Origin: Patescibacteria group bacterium
GTDB taxonomy: Bacteria > Patescibacteriota > Minisyncoccia > Phycocordibacterales > SBAW01
Assembly: GCA_028871115.1 (NCBI GenBank)
Contig: JAGWOD010000001.1
Coordinates: 4,736 to 68,735, forward strand
DNA length: 64,000 nt
Reading direction: 5' to 3'
Shown: positions 38,501 to 48,499 of the stretch, piece by piece
Layout: every line of letters begins with the position of its first letter
Position numbering within the stretch: position 1 is the first letter of the stretch
Notes under the pieces: model-generated
The model's database searches: none
Told to the model about the DNA's origin: nothing
What the model saw: only the letters and a program-made list of their open reading frames with translations
Made by a program: the position numbers and the translations under genes

Positions 38501-39412
38501 ACCTGGGAGCCGGTCTCCCTTGGAGAAGCGGTAGGCACAGTTGCCGCCCAAGCTATCGGTGAACCCGGCACTCAACTCACTATGAACGTCAAGCATGCTG
38601 GCGGTTCAGCGTCGGTCGGAGGCGACATCACCCAGGGTCTCCCTCGTGTTGAGGAGATATTTGAACGCCGCACCCCCCGCAACCCTGCTGCTGTGGCTGC
38701 TGTAGCGGGCGAAGTGATAGAAATACGCGAGGACGGAAAAGAGAAAACCATCGTGGTTCTTCCTGATATTGAGAGCAAAGGAAAAGGCAAGAAGGCCGGT
38801 TCGGTTGAATACCCGGTCAACATACGCCGCACCCCACTTATAAAAATGGGAGATCGAGTCGAACGGGGCCAGCTTCTCACTGACGGATCAGCGGATCTTT
38901 CCGAACTTTTCCAATATGCAGGACGAGAAAAGACACTCGACTATATCTTGCGGGAAGTCTCCCGAATATACGAGCTTCAGGGCGTTACGATATCAGTCAA
39001 ACATATTGAAGTCATTGCTCGTCAGATGTTTAGCCGTATGCGTATAACCGAACCGGGAAATACGGAATTCTCTTCCGGTGATATTGCGGGCGAAGTTGAG
39101 CTCACGGCCGAAAACGCTGAAACGTCCGGTGAAAAAGCCAAAGCAGAGCCTCTCATCATGGGTATTCTCGAAGTCTCGCTTTCTCGTGCGAGCTTCCTCT
39201 CAGCCGCTTCGTTCCAGAACACGACCCGTATGCTCATCAAGGCGTCAGTTTACGGAGCGATAGACTATCTCCATGGCCTCAAAGAGAACGTCATCATCGG
39301 TCGACTTATCCCAGCTGGCACCGGGTACCGGGGTTCGTCGAAATCGGCAATAGTAGCAAAGTACGCACCTATCCCGACTGAAGCTATCCGCAAAGAGCGT
39401 GAAATCGCTTAG
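32570..39412 (+). CDS. rpoBC: Fused DNA-directed RNA polymerase beta-beta' subunit
   Basis: One 2280-aa ORF. Beta motifs: [21 protein letters not shown]. Beta' motifs: [40 protein letters not shown]. Confidence 0.96.
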   Translation: MREQKFFKRHNPSRVATPNLVADQIRSFEWLLKEGIRETFKEFTPIKDYSGKKFDLEFSKIEIGEPKFDEHYAKDQKLTYDAPIRAIVRLTNKTSGEKKEQEIFLADIPVMTPHGTFIINGVERVIVPQLARSYGVFFTAEELKGKKHFGAKIIPARGVWIEIEADADGMLSVRIDRKRKFPAISLLRVLGARYDSDLKSLFSHASYEKRWVEAAMEKDPAKTVEEAYIEIHKRLRDGDLATAKNAQDYITALFSEERYDLSPVGRFRFNQRFGKSLGVQELTRKTLSLDDVVTTLRHLLMLENTPDAMEDNIDHLGSRRVRYVGETLQSRVRVGLTHMKRNIQDRMSTIDAEASLPVQFVNPRPLQARIKEFFTTNQLSQFMQQENALAELEHLRTFSALGPGGLTRERAGFEVRDVHPSHYGRLCPIHTPEGPNIGLILRLSTFARLNEFGMIETPYAKVANGTVTNEIIYLNAAEEENEKIAHGATELHGDGRIVEEMVEVRFKGAPVRVPRAEVKYTDVSPQQPFSIATSMIPFLEHDDANRALMGSNMQKQAIPCLIPEAPLVATGMEETAAHDTGRLVFALEGGTVAEVDGRHISVKNDKGKETKYPLINFVRTNGFTALHHRPIVSVGEKVKKGQLLADASSTDGGQLALGQNVMVAFMTWSGANYEDAIIISERLVKDSKFSTINIEEFVCNVRDTKLGAEETTHDIPNVSETKLRNLDEEGVVRIGSEVRPGDILVGKITPKGETQLTPEERLLRSIFGEKARDVKDSSLRMENGKRGRVIGVKVFSREAGHQLESGILKRIHIEVAQLRAVSVGDKLAGRHGNKGVISRILPEEDMPYTSDGRPVDVILTPLGVPSRMNLGQILELHLGLAANTLKYQAICPPFAGATEEEIRSELKQAGFNENGKMRLFDGRTGEQFEQEIAVGYMYILKLHHMVEDKIHMRSIGPYSLITQQPLGGKAQGGGQRFGEMEVWALLGYGAAYTLREMLTVKSDDIMGRSAAFDSLVRGERIAHHYAPASFNVLLHTLRGLALDVELLRGTAPIRSGKKTPGAEIGDFDAVRIRPASPERIGEWSYGEVTKPETINYRTQRPEKNSLFDEKIFGPEKDYECYCGKYRGIRYKGIVCEKCGVELTRAIVRRERMGHVDLAVPVAHVWFLRGIPSRLAMTLGISAADLEKVAYFAGYIIISVNEKERERISKELESEYKTKLKALQDEKSKEKIKELFLEAKRDIDALRIGTVLDEARYHRYAIKYGAAFEAGIGAEALYNFCKGLDLKMMERATAKAFEEAGSAEREKLSKRLSLMRGMIRANVRPEWMFLTRIPIIPPGLRPMVALDGGRHATSDVNDLYRRVINRNNRLKKLIDIHAPDVILRNEKRILQEAVDALIDNSIRHGGAAYSATTQARTRPLKSLSDNLKGKHGLFRQNLLGKRVDYSGRSVIVVGPELKLNQCGLPKHMALELFRPFIIGKLLERELAYNIRGAGRLIDEGVPEVWAILEDVIKDKYVLLNRAPTLHRLGIQAFQPVLIEGNAIQLHPLVCPAFNADFDGDQMAVHVPLSPEAQAEAREIMAAPKNILKPGDGQPVVASKLLDILLGAYWMTKEVEKAKGEGMAFSSPNAAILAYDYGAVGFQAKIKVLPSEKEKYAQFGNSLFETTVGRLLFNTVFPSDYPYVNAAIDKKGLARLVDDLIARYGLERIPEIMDRIKAFGFRYVTQSGITWSLDDIRVPKEKREIVAAAQKRSDEIVKHWEEGLLSQEERYRMNIEVWHAAKAEVEKLIPATLPINGSVSDMLRSGARGSIAQVTQMAGMKGLIASPTGEAIEFPITTSMKEGLSPIEYFITTHGSRKGLTDTALQTAKAGYLTRRLFDVAQDIVVGEEDCGTSEGLAVRRESASGIGTFLASNIRGRFLAGDVADAKGTILFKKGHFTTAPDAKKIEESGAPSVYVRSPVGCKSQRGICIHCYGADLATWEPVSLGEAVGTVAAQAIGEPGTQLTMNVKHAGGSASVGGDITQGLPRVEEIFERRTPRNPAAVAAVAGEVIEIREDGKEKTIVVLPDIESKGKGKKAGSVEYPVNIRRTPLIKMGDRVERGQLLTDGSADLSELFQYAGREKTLDYILREVSRIYELQGVTISVKHIEVIARQMFSRMRITEPGNTEFSSGDIAGEVELTAENAETSGEKAKAEPLIMGILEVSLSRASFLSAASFQNTTRMLIKASVYGAIDYLHGLKENVIIGRLIPAGTGYRGSSKSAIVAKYAPIPTEAIRKEREIA

Positions 39413-39439
39413 TCATCTATTTTGATTTCTTGAGCGTAC

Positions 39440-39467
39440 ACGGCCCTGTATGAGCGGGGCCGTTTTT
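39440..39467 (+). terminator. Terminator after rpoBC
   Basis: ACGGCCC...GGGCCGT followed by TTTT. Confidence 0.65.
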
Positions 39468-39507
39468 AAGTAGCAAAGTTGGGTCAAAATCTATACACTT
39501 ACAGAAT

Positions 39508-41232
39508 ATGGATTCTCCTGTCCATGAAATTAAGGAACGTCTCAATATTGTTGATGTTATAGGTTCATACGTTCAACTTAAAAAAGCTGGACGCAGCTTC
39601 GTTGCTCGCTGTCCGTTCCATAAAGAACGCACGCCTTCTTTTCATGTTTCCCCAGAGCGCGGTACCTACAAGTGTTTCGGCTGTGGGGAAGGAGGTGACA
39701 TATTCACCTTTATCGAAAAGGTAGAAGGTATTGATTTTCCTACGGCGCTTAAACAACTCGCGGAGCGTGCAGGGGTGCAATTGCCCGCACGAGGCTGGCA
39801 GAATACAAGCCCAAAAGAGCAAGAAAAAGAAGAGCGCTTGTATGCAGTGCTCGAGAAGGCAACTTCTTTTTATGAAGAAGAACTTGGGAGGCACAGCAAT
39901 GCAAAGGAGTATATCCTCTCCAGAGGAATACAGGAGAATACTCTAAAAAAATGGAGCATCGGCTATGCTCCGGCAAGCTGGGAATTACTTTCCTTAAAGC
40001 TTCTTGCCACCGGATTTTCCAAGGAAGAGCTTATCGAAGCAGGCCTCTCGGTACCTTCTGAGAAAAAGAGGGGAGAGGTGTTCGATCGATTCCGAGGTCG
40101 TATTATGTTCCCGATTTTTAATACTGAAGGAAAACCGATTGCATTTTCAGGACGATTTTTTGAGAAGGTTCAGGGTTCCCGAGAGGATGGTCCGCCTGCA
40201 AAATATGTCAATTCCCCAGAGACGACGCTTTTCAGAAAATCGAAGGTACTCTACGGGCTCCATATAGCTAAAGAATATATACGCAAAGCGGATTGCATAC
40301 TTCTTGTAGAGGGACAATTCGATGTCGTACTTTCTCATCAAGCGGGTTTGCCCTTTGCGGTGGCTCTCTCGGGTACTGCCCTTACTGAGGAGCATTTGAG
40401 GCTTCTTGGGCGTCTCTCTAAACGTCTTGTGTTAGCTCTTGATGCTGATGAGGCAGGCATCCGCTCGGGCCTCAAGAGTACTGCTATGGCACTTGCTGCT
40501 GGCTTTGACGTAAAAATTCCGATTATAAAAGAGGGTAAAGATCCTGCGGATCTCGCAGCGAAGGATCCGGAACTGCTCCGCTCTGCGGTGCGCACAAGCA
40601 TAGCGGCAATAGAATTTTTTCTCCAAGCTCTTCGCCCTGGGGCAAAAGATGAGCGTGGATATAAGAAACTTGTTGAAAAAGAAATCTTGCCACTCATAGG
40701 GGCTCTTCGAAGCAAAATAGAACAGGAGCATTTTATACAGCTTGTGGCGCAGCGTCTTCTTGTTTCGGAGGATGCAGTACGGGCTGAGATGAAAAAATCA
40801 GCTTCTTCTGTCGTGCAGACTGATGAGTCCCAAGGCGACACCCGTCAGGCAGAGGATGTACAAACGGGGAATATGCACGTGCCCCTGGAGAAATATGCCG
40901 GCATGCTCCTCTTCCGCTTTAATGAGAATTCAGAGATATATAAAAATCTTGAAATATCTCTTGGCAAAGAGCGTTTACTGGCACTAAAAGAACGACTCTC
41001 TCCCAACGCAGAGCGTCTGCGTTTTGAATTCGATATTCTTGGCGAGGATGAAAATATCCAAGCGAGCCTATTACTTGAGGAGATTGCGCGCGTGCTCCTT
41101 GATGAGGAGATTTCCTCTATACAAAAGCTTCTGCGTGCCGCTGAAGTTGAGCGGAAATCTACTGAAGCCCATGAACTTGCTGTGAAGCTAACTTCGCTTG
41201 CGCGGCGCAGAGAAGAACTCCGCCGTTCATAA
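39508..41232 (+). CDS. dnaG: DNA primase
   Basis: CPFHKERTPSF..CFGC zinc finger, DRFRGRIMFPI, KYVNSPET, VEGQFD and DADEAG. Confidence 0.97.
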   Translation: MDSPVHEIKERLNIVDVIGSYVQLKKAGRSFVARCPFHKERTPSFHVSPERGTYKCFGCGEGGDIFTFIEKVEGIDFPTALKQLAERAGVQLPARGWQNTSPKEQEKEERLYAVLEKATSFYEEELGRHSNAKEYILSRGIQENTLKKWSIGYAPASWELLSLKLLATGFSKEELIEAGLSVPSEKKRGEVFDRFRGRIMFPIFNTEGKPIAFSGRFFEKVQGSREDGPPAKYVNSPETTLFRKSKVLYGLHIAKEYIRKADCILLVEGQFDVVLSHQAGLPFAVALSGTALTEEHLRLLGRLSKRLVLALDADEAGIRSGLKSTAMALAAGFDVKIPIIKEGKDPADLAAKDPELLRSAVRTSIAAIEFFLQALRPGAKDERGYKKLVEKEILPLIGALRSKIEQEHFIQLVAQRLLVSEDAVRAEMKKSASSVVQTDESQGDTRQAEDVQTGNMHVPLEKYAGMLLFRFNENSEIYKNLEISLGKERLLALKERLSPNAERLRFEFDILGEDENIQASLLLEEIARVLLDEEISSIQKLLRAAEVERKSTEAHELAVKLTSLARRREELRRS

Positions 41233-41284
41233 TCTCTGCGTTTGCTATACTTCTTCAGAACTGACCCCAGAAGAGGGAGTTGTT

Positions 41285-41626
41285 ATGGTCGATGTGCGGC
41301 GTTTGCGTATCGTGCGGAATGCTCTTCGAGTTGTGAATAAAAAAAAGATGGAGTTGAGTGTTGACGATAGAAAAGTTATCAAAGAATTCATGACAGAAGT
41401 GCTTCCGAAGAATCACTTCTCAGACCATGAATTCCGGACGAAACTCTACCAGCAAACACTTCGCCCTAAGGGCAAGCATCTCATGCGCATCTTTGATCGT
41501 ATGGAGGTGCTTGAACAACAATTGCTCTTGGCTACCCACCCTGCTACCACTCTTTTGAAATGGGACTCAGATATGAGCGCATATGTTAAATGTTGGTGCG
41601 AGTTCTTGCTCGGTACATGGGACTAA
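41285..41626 (+). CDS. Orphan hypothetical protein between dnaG and rpoD
   Basis: Own TGCTATACT box (~41243), GAGGGAG SD, ATG 41285, and terminator 41632-41664. Confidence 0.55.
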   Translation: MVDVRRLRIVRNALRVVNKKKMELSVDDRKVIKEFMTEVLPKNHFSDHEFRTKLYQQTLRPKGKHLMRIFDRMEVLEQQLLLATHPATTLLKWDSDMSAYVKCWCEFLLGTWD

Positions 41627-41715
41627 CACACACCCCGTAGCATCTCAGTTGCTGCGGGGTTTTTATATAGAGAAACTGGATTTTTAATGAGTTTGTGCTA
41701 TAGTACTCTTACGTT

Positions 41716-42984
41716 ATGGCGAAGGGGATGAGGGCTAAAGCCCGTCTACATAAGCGGGCCGGAGCAAGGCGCGCTTCTGCGTCGCGCCTTAAGGCTAAAC
41801 ACTATCGTGCTAATGCGGCCCGACGGCGTACTTCATCTGCTCTCTCGGGAAGGAGTTCGAAGGAGAAGAAATCAACACTCCCAAAAGCCCAGAAGATTGA
41901 TTCAAAGTCCGCACGTCGGCTGGCTGATCAAGGAAAGAAAGCCGAAGCATTGATGGCGCGAGGCCGTGAAAGAGGCTTTGTCACCTACGACGAAATCCTC
42001 AAGGCATTTCCAAATATAGAGACAGACGTTCTCTTCCTTGAGGAATTGTATGAGCGGTTTTCCGCGGCGCATATCGATGTTCTTGAAGGAGGGGGAATGC
42101 TCGAGGTAAAGGAAGAGCCTCTTGATCAAAGCTATGGGCGTAGCGATAGTCAGTACGATTCCATTCAAATGTATCTGCGAGAAATAGGCAGATACCCACT
42201 TCTCTCTGCGAAGGAAGAGAGAGATCTCGCTAAGCGCATCACGGAGGGTGAAATCGAGGCAAAAAATCTCCTTGCTCGAGCAAACTTGCGTCTGGTTGTT
42301 TCTATCGCAAAAAAATATGTTGGTCGAAGTCCCGACCTGACGCTTCTTGACCTCATACAGGAGGGTAATCTCGGTCTTTTCAAAGCGGTTGATAAATTCG
42401 ATTATACGAAGGGATATAAATTTTCTACCTACGCTACCTGGTGGATACGTCAAGCAATTACCCGTGCACTCGCCGATCAGAGCCGCACGATACGCATACC
42501 GGTCCACATGGTTGAGACCATTGCAAAATATAAACAGGTGGCGCGGCGGCTTTCACAGGATCTCGGTAGGGAACCTCTCGCTGAAGAGATTGCGCTTGAG
42601 ATGGGAGTTGACGTCGATAAGATATATCAAATAGAGAAAATTGACCAAGATACCGTATCTCTTGAGAGCCCAGTCGGAAGTGAAGAAGATGACGGGAAAT
42701 CGGTTTTGGGGGACTTCATCAAAGATGACAAAATACTCTCTCCAGACCAGGAAGTAGCCCGTCGAATTCTCACGGATCAAGTACGGGAAATACTGGATGA
42801 TCTTTCGCCTAAAGAGCGGGAGATACTCAAGCTACGACACGGCCTTGAGGATGGTATTTACCACACTCTTGAAGAGGTGGGTAAGAAATTCGGAGTGACT
42901 CGCGAACGCATCCGCCAGATAGAGGCGAAAGCGCTTGAGCGCATCCGCACGCATGATAAGGCAAAAAAGCTTCGCAGCTATTAG
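41716..42984 (+). CDS. rpoD: Primary sigma factor with basic N-terminal extension
   Basis: [51 protein letters not shown] and [10 protein letters not shown]. Confidence 0.96.
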   Translation: MAKGMRAKARLHKRAGARRASASRLKAKHYRANAARRRTSSALSGRSSKEKKSTLPKAQKIDSKSARRLADQGKKAEALMARGRERGFVTYDEILKAFPNIETDVLFLEELYERFSAAHIDVLEGGGMLEVKEEPLDQSYGRSDSQYDSIQMYLREIGRYPLLSAKEERDLAKRITEGEIEAKNLLARANLRLVVSIAKKYVGRSPDLTLLDLIQEGNLGLFKAVDKFDYTKGYKFSTYATWWIRQAITRALADQSRTIRIPVHMVETIAKYKQVARRLSQDLGREPLAEEIALEMGVDVDKIYQIEKIDQDTVSLESPVGSEEDDGKSVLGDFIKDDKILSPDQEVARRILTDQVREILDDLSPKEREILKLRHGLEDGIYHTLEEVGKKFGVTRERIRQIEAKALERIRTHDKAKKLRSY

Positions 42985-44208
42985 TTAGCGCTGCTCAGTA
43001 AGGTCCCAAATTTTTGCTGCAATATTGCGCGGCCTACCCTCAAACGGCAGGTGATGGTTGTCGAAAAAAGGCATACTGTTGCATTCGATTACTCCACAGC
43101 GCACCTCTCTCCATGAACGGGAGAGATCGGGGCTGATGAAGTCAATTCCAACTACTTCAGCCCGCAGTCTGTCTGAAATCTCCTCGAAGAGGAGAATATT
43201 ATCAGGATGGACTTCATCACTCACATCTTTTGTCGTGCCCCCTACCGACCAATTAATTTTTTGGTGCAGGGTAATCCGCTCTCCAGAGGGAGGAACACTT
43301 TGAGGTGAAAGTGTTTGTCTTTTTAATTCATCGAGCGTCTCTTGAGAAAGTGCGATAGGGGAGAAGTATGGCCCCCGTCGAGCAGGGTGCTCATTTGCTT
43401 TCTCTACGAGCTCTTGTATCGTTTTGTGACCGTCTCCGATAATAGTCGGAGGATCACGACGAATAGTTGCACAAAGCTTCCCGTCGACTAGGGTGGCGCG
43501 ATACACGTGTCCCTCAAGCTCTTCCTCGATGACTACTAAAGGCGAGACCTGCTTTGCGATAGCAAAGGCTTGTTTGAGCTTCTTCTCGTCCGATATATGG
43601 AGGGTCGTGTGTCGCGTGGCCGAACCCACATGAGGTTTTGTGATGACGGGTTTTAGAAGAGTATCGTATATGTGCCGAGCGCTCTTGTAAGAAGAGGCCG
43701 CACCTCCTGCAGCTACTGGAAAGTGGTATGCCTGGAATCTTTTTTTGAGTTCGGCCTTATTATCGATCCACCAGACTGGCCCACGTTTCCGAGTGGATAA
43801 GGGGATTCCTTCAAACGAGCTATGCCGCCCATCTCTAAACTTCACTATGAAAAGATTGCGTGGAAGTCCAAATAATCTGAACTCTTGCATCTCGATTCCG
43901 CGCTCTTTTGCCTCTTCCCATAGTACGCGGTCAAGAAGAAGCGTCTTCTCGTCGGGTGCATCAAGCAAGGTCCCGAGCCCTAGTCGCGCTATTCCTCTGT
44001 AAATGAGCGGCAGGAGCCATTCTGCGTGCAATACACGCTCTCCTATATATCGTCCAATCTCGCTCGGATAGAAGAAAAGAGGACGTGCAAAGCGCTCAAG
44101 CCAGAGGGCAATATAGGTCCCTTTGTGGTATATCGGATCGCTTCCACAATCGGTGCAACGCAGTGCGGAGCCCGATACTTCTTGCATGCTCATAGTATAC
44201 TCGCTCAT
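42985..44208 (-). CDS. Stand-alone ATP-grasp ligase related to the cyanophycin synthetase/GshF ATP-grasp domain
   Basis: KPHVGS, IEEELEG..YR, IIGDGHKTIQELV, GIDFI and IECNSMP; no Mur-ligase domain. Confidence 0.75.
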   Translation of the reverse strand: MSEYTMSMQEVSGSALRCTDCGSDPIYHKGTYIALWLERFARPLFFYPSEIGRYIGERVLHAEWLLPLIYRGIARLGLGTLLDAPDEKTLLLDRVLWEEAKERGIEMQEFRLFGLPRNLFIVKFRDGRHSSFEGIPLSTRKRGPVWWIDNKAELKKRFQAYHFPVAAGGAASSYKSARHIYDTLLKPVITKPHVGSATRHTTLHISDEKKLKQAFAIAKQVSPLVVIEEELEGHVYRATLVDGKLCATIRRDPPTIIGDGHKTIQELVEKANEHPARRGPYFSPIALSQETLDELKRQTLSPQSVPPSGERITLHQKINWSVGGTTKDVSDEVHPDNILLFEEISDRLRAEVVGIDFISPDLSRSWREVRCGVIECNSMPFFDNHHLPFEGRPRNIAAKIWDLTEQR

Positions 44209-44235
44209 AAAGGAGCCTGGTATTATACTGCCCTC

Positions 44236-45099
44236 ATGAAATCTCAGGGGTCAAAAGATTTGAATGTGGGCGAGAAAAAACACACTAAGACCCGCTTTCC
44301 CATACAGCATTGGAGCCATTCCTCCCTCACGGCCTTTTTGAGAAATCCGCTCGCTTGGTATAAACGCTATGTCGAGGAAATCTATGATACTCCCGCAACC
44401 CCCTCGTCCATAGTCGGTCGGGCTGGCCATGTTGCCCTGCAACATTTCTATGGTGGGCTCGGGAAGGAACCTGCTATAGCTCTTGGCCTTGAATACCTAC
44501 GAAGTGTTTCCGACTTTGAAATCAATTTTGGAGCCATAAAAAGCAAGCGTCTCAAGAAAAAGAAGCGAGAAGCTATGGAGCGGGAGTACCTTCAAGCAGT
44601 GGGATTTTATCTAGAGCGGCCTCCCAAACACAGAGTACTTGGTGTTGAAGTGAAGGCGATGGCAAAGGTGCCGGGTCTCCCGCTTCCTCTTAAGGCGGTA
44701 TCGGATCTTGTGGTTACCTCCCGAGTGGAAAAGGGGGCGGTCGACATTATTGACCATAAATTCGTCGATCATTTTAGCAGGCGGGGAGTAGAGAAGCCGC
44801 TTTTTCTCATTCAAGCTCTCTTTAACTACTACACGGTCCAAGAACTTTTTGGAAAGCCGGTTCGACGCTTTGTCGTATATGAATGTAAAAAATCAAGAAA
44901 TGCCGATGGTTCAGCCCAATTACGTCGGCACGTTATTGATTTTCGCTCCTGTAAGGAAGATTTTACTGTCTTCCACCGCCTCATACGGGACGCAACGGAG
45001 GAGATTGGGCGACGCCGAGCGTATCTTCCCAATCCTTCTGACCTTTTTGAAGGAGATAATTCCTTCGATATCTATCGTCTCGGTCTTCTTGAAGAGTAG
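44236..45099 (+). CDS. PD-(D/E)XK nuclease family protein (RecB/AddB-like nuclease domain)
   Basis: WSHSSLTAFLRNP, G..GHVALQ, E...SDLV..IIDHK and Q...Y motifs. Start ATG 44236. Confidence 0.75.
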   Translation: MKSQGSKDLNVGEKKHTKTRFPIQHWSHSSLTAFLRNPLAWYKRYVEEIYDTPATPSSIVGRAGHVALQHFYGGLGKEPAIALGLEYLRSVSDFEINFGAIKSKRLKKKKREAMEREYLQAVGFYLERPPKHRVLGVEVKAMAKVPGLPLPLKAVSDLVVTSRVEKGAVDIIDHKFVDHFSRRGVEKPLFLIQALFNYYTVQELFGKPVRRFVVYECKKSRNADGSAQLRRHVIDFRSCKEDFTVFHRLIRDATEEIGRRRAYLPNPSDLFEGDNSFDIYRLGLLEE

Positions 45100-45103
45100 G
45101 AAT

Positions 45104-45823
45104 TTATTGTCCCGTGCTTGAGGCGGTTGTCGAGGTGGAGATCGATTGTCCGATTGCCTGGAGTACCTGATCGACCGCTGCTCGCATGGAAGCGTATGGC
45201 TGGTCTCCTACAAGCTGAAGCACCGGTTGATTATTTGCCATGATCACAATTGAAGGCGTTCCCTGGAATCCCTCTGCGATTGCTTCGTTGTAATCAGCCT
45301 GAACTTTTGATGCGAACTGATTGCTGTTGAGGCACTGATTGAATTGCTGTACGTTGAGGCCCACTTCACCAGCGACCACGGGGAGCTGGGAGAGATCAAG
45401 CCCGTTGTCGGAGGGAGTTATTGAATAGATGGTGTCTATGTACTTAAAGAATGCAGTATTTCCACCAAGCGAGGCCGCACACTCAGCCGCCTGTGACTCC
45501 TCAGGCGCCTTGGAGTGTATCTGGGCGAGTGGGAAGGGGCGGAATACCCACGCGACCTTACCGGAGGGGCCGTAATACTGCATAAGCTGATCCATCGTGG
45601 ACTCGAAGTTCTTGCAGAAGGGGCACTCAAGGTCCGCATACTCGACTATCTTTACGGGAGCATTTGGATTGCCATAGATGTGATCTGTTGAATCGACCGG
45701 ACGTACTGCCTGAGTGGCGGTGTTCCCTGAAGAGCCTGGGTTGCGACTTATTAAAAAGACACCACCTGCAATAAGAATGCCCACAACCACGATACTAATG
45801 GGGAGTACGTATTGGCTTTTCAT
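45104..45823 (-). CDS. DsbA/BdbD-like thiol-disulfide oxidoreductase
   Basis: TM anchor, DHIYGNPNAPVKIVEYADLECPFC and cis-Pro GTP motif. Confidence 0.9.
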   Translation of the reverse strand: MKSQYVLPISIVVVGILIAGGVFLISRNPGSSGNTATQAVRPVDSTDHIYGNPNAPVKIVEYADLECPFCKNFESTMDQLMQYYGPSGKVAWVFRPFPLAQIHSKAPEESQAAECAASLGGNTAFFKYIDTIYSITPSDNGLDLSQLPVVAGEVGLNVQQFNQCLNSNQFASKVQADYNEAIAEGFQGTPSIVIMANNQPVLQLVGDQPYASMRAAVDQVLQAIGQSISTSTTASSTGQ

Positions 45824-45858
45824 ACTATGTAATTTATATGTACTGTAATTATAGCACT

Positions 45859-46428
45859 CTAAAACGGCAAGGTATGGGTCAGGGATCCATTGGTAGGTTT
45901 TTCCCACTCCTTAGTATCGATCTTTAGTTCCCGAATACCGTCGAAATCACGGTACTTGAGGGAGCCATTCTTTCGAACCCAGTCATATAATTCGCGAGTG
46001 ATGCGCACATCTTCGAGGCAATATGCCCGTACTTTTTCGCGCTCTCCTTGGGCCCACCACTTGACCGCCTGTAAGCCGCTTCCACTTTTTTTGCGTCCGA
46101 GGGTTGCTTCAGCTACGTTGTCGAGTCTAAGGCGCCGCCCAAGTACTTTTTTAATTTCTTTCATGAGATCAACACTCCGGATAGCACTCAAATTGCCCGG
46201 ATAGTATTTATTGAGGATAGGAATATCAAAATGGTCGCTGTTATAGCCTATGACGATATCTGCGCTTTCAAGTATGGGCCAAAGTCTTGCAATATCTTCG
46301 AGAGTAAAACTTACATACTCGTCGTTTTGAGAATCATGAATACCCACAAGCGCAAGATCAAGCTGGGAAGGATCGGACATGCTGCTTCCTATATTGCTTG
46401 TTTCTATGTCGAGAGTGATTTTCCGCAT
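45859..46428 (-). CDS. DEDDy 3'-5' exonuclease (RNase H-like domain)
   Basis: LDIET, GYNSDHFDIP and YCLEDV; C-terminus THTLPF. Confidence 0.85.
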   Translation of the reverse strand: MRKITLDIETSNIGSSMSDPSQLDLALVGIHDSQNDEYVSFTLEDIARLWPILESADIVIGYNSDHFDIPILNKYYPGNLSAIRSVDLMKEIKKVLGRRLRLDNVAEATLGRKKSGSGLQAVKWWAQGEREKVRAYCLEDVRITRELYDWVRKNGSLKYRDFDGIRELKIDTKEWEKPTNGSLTHTLPF

Positions 46429-46431
46429 GTT

Positions 46432-47679
46432 TCAGAAGCTTTTAAGGAAAGATGGCAAGCTAGTAAGAGCGATTTTCTCTTCTTCTCCTGTAGCTAATGT
46501 CCGGATTGCTACCATTCCTGAATCGATTTCGTTTCGGCCGATAACAATGAGATGAGGAATTCCCTTTTTATCCGCTGATTTTATCTGCTCTCCCAATTTC
46601 TTGTCCCCAAGATCGACAGCTGCGGATATACCCTGAGCTCTCAACCTCGAGGCTATTTTCATCGCTTCGGTTACCATATCTTCTCCTGTGACCGCAAGAT
46701 AGACCTTGATGGGGGAGGTATAGGAGGGAGTAAGACTTCGTACCTCGAGGAAGTCCCGAATAGTAACATCACCCATCCCAAAACCAACCGCAGGCATTGT
46801 TTCTTCACCGAAGAGTTCCATCAAATTGTCATATCTTCCTCCCCCGAATAATGAACGGTTATTGTCAGGGTGGGTATCGTAAACCTCAAATACAAGGCCG
46901 GTATAGTAATCAAACCCTCGTACGATGTAGGGCTCGAATCGAGCATTGGAACATCCGAGTTCCTTGAGCGTTGTAAGAAGCTCAACGACATCTTTTGGAG
47001 CTACAGAAGCCACAAATTCTTGTGGGGAGATGCCTATCTCTTTAAGAGAAGCCTCCTCTTCTTGAGAAGATACCTTACCGTGTCGATCGAGAAGGCCGTG
47101 CAACTTTTTTGTGCTCTCCTCAGAGAGAGAGTGCTGTGTAATGAGCCCATTGAGGAAGCCTCGAGAACTAATACGAATTTCGAAATCATTCTCTGTGGCA
47201 CCAAAAGCGCGCATGAGAGTGTGAGCAAGCAAAATTATTTCTGCATCTGCCGCGATGTGTTCCGAGCCAAAAAGATCAATATTCAATTGCCAATGTTCGC
47301 GCACGCGTCCGCGCTGAGGGCGCTCGTAACGAAAGACGTTTGGTATGGAATACCATCGCAAGGGAAAAGAAAGATCTCGGCGGCGTGCCGCCACCATCCG
47401 AGCAACGGTAGGAGTCATCTCCGGTCGGAGCGTTACCTCTCGGTCACCGCGATCAAGGAATGTGTAAGTCTGCTGTGTAGCAATTTCTTCATTTTCCGAT
47501 CCCTTTGCACGATAGAGTTCAGCTGGCTCAAGTAAAGAAGCACTGTATTCTTCATACCCAGCGCTCTGTGCTACTTGGCGCATGATGGAAAAGAGGTGTT
47601 GCTGCAGGGCCTGCTCCTTCGGGTAGAAATCCCGGACCCCTTTATAAGGATCAGTGGAGAGTTTGCCGTTGCGCGCCAT
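46432..47679 (-). CDS. hisS: Histidine-tRNA ligase
   Basis: LRPEMT, FRYERPQRGR, VRGFDYYTG, GGGRYD and GFGMG. Confidence 0.97.
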   Translation of the reverse strand: MARNGKLSTDPYKGVRDFYPKEQALQQHLFSIMRQVAQSAGYEEYSASLLEPAELYRAKGSENEEIATQQTYTFLDRGDREVTLRPEMTPTVARMVAARRRDLSFPLRWYSIPNVFRYERPQRGRVREHWQLNIDLFGSEHIAADAEIILLAHTLMRAFGATENDFEIRISSRGFLNGLITQHSLSEESTKKLHGLLDRHGKVSSQEEEASLKEIGISPQEFVASVAPKDVVELLTTLKELGCSNARFEPYIVRGFDYYTGLVFEVYDTHPDNNRSLFGGGRYDNLMELFGEETMPAVGFGMGDVTIRDFLEVRSLTPSYTSPIKVYLAVTGEDMVTEAMKIASRLRAQGISAAVDLGDKKLGEQIKSADKKGIPHLIVIGRNEIDSGMVAIRTLATGEEEKIALTSLPSFLKSF

Positions 47680-47720
47680 ATTCGCTACATTGTAACTGTT
47701 TTAGAAGCCAAAATACAGAT

Positions 47721-48494
47721 ATGAAAGCAATTGGGGGCGGCGTGCTTAGTCTCTACAAACGCCTTGGCGAAACGCCCCGCGAACGCCTAGAACGCCTGCG
47801 TCTTGAGAAGCCCCAGTACCAATATGAGGTGCTCTCCTATGCTGGACGTCTTGACCCAATGGCCGAGGGGGTACTCCTCTGTCTTGTCGGGGCAGAGAAT
47901 TCACGCCACGAGAAGTGGCTCGAGCTTTCGAAGGAGTACGTTCTTGATATTTTGTTTGGATTTGCAACGGATACCTACGATATTTTGGGGAAGGTAATAC
48001 AAACCGGTGACTCCTCGCTCATTGGCCGTCGCTCTCTCGAGCAAGGACTCAATGAATTTCGTGGACTTGTCTCCCAAGAGTATCCTCCTTTTTCTTCAAA
48101 GACTCTTGACGGGAGGGCACTTTTTGAATGGGCACGCGAAGGCTCAATCGGATCTCTCACTATTCCTCGGCGGACAGTGACTATTTACGATATTGAGTTT
48201 TCAGGTATGTATAAGATTCCCGAACCCCAACTTCTTTTCTACATTGAATCAAGCATTGCCCGTGTTCAGGGAGATTTTCGTCAAGAAGAGATTCTTGAAT
48301 TGTGGCACCGTAACCTTCGGCCGGCAGGCACGCGAGAATTTCCTTGCGCGACCATCAAGATCTCCTGCTCCTCAGGGACCTACGCTCGCTCTATAGCCCA
48401 CGGTCTGGGTCAGCATCTTGGGATTCCAGCCCTCGCGCTCCATATCCTGCGAACAAAGGTAGGGGAGTACAGCGTTGCAAAATCCCTACGCTGA
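47721..48494 (+). CDS. truB: tRNA pseudouridine(55) synthase
   Basis: YAGRLDPMAEGVL, KEY, QEYPPFSSK, CSSGTYARS and LRTKVG. Confidence 0.88.
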   Translation: MKAIGGGVLSLYKRLGETPRERLERLRLEKPQYQYEVLSYAGRLDPMAEGVLLCLVGAENSRHEKWLELSKEYVLDILFGFATDTYDILGKVIQTGDSSLIGRRSLEQGLNEFRGLVSQEYPPFSSKTLDGRALFEWAREGSIGSLTIPRRTVTIYDIEFSGMYKIPEPQLLFYIESSIARVQGDFRQEEILELWHRNLRPAGTREFPCATIKISCSSGTYARSIAHGLGQHLGIPALALHILRTKVGEYSVAKSLR

Positions 48495-48499
48495 GATCC

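Noticed and set aside
42985-44208. Full cyanophycin synthetase cphA
   Set aside because: About half the expected length, with no Mur-ligase-like domain and no cphB.
44236-45099. Cas4
   Set aside because: It lacks the four Fe-S cysteines and any CRISPR context.
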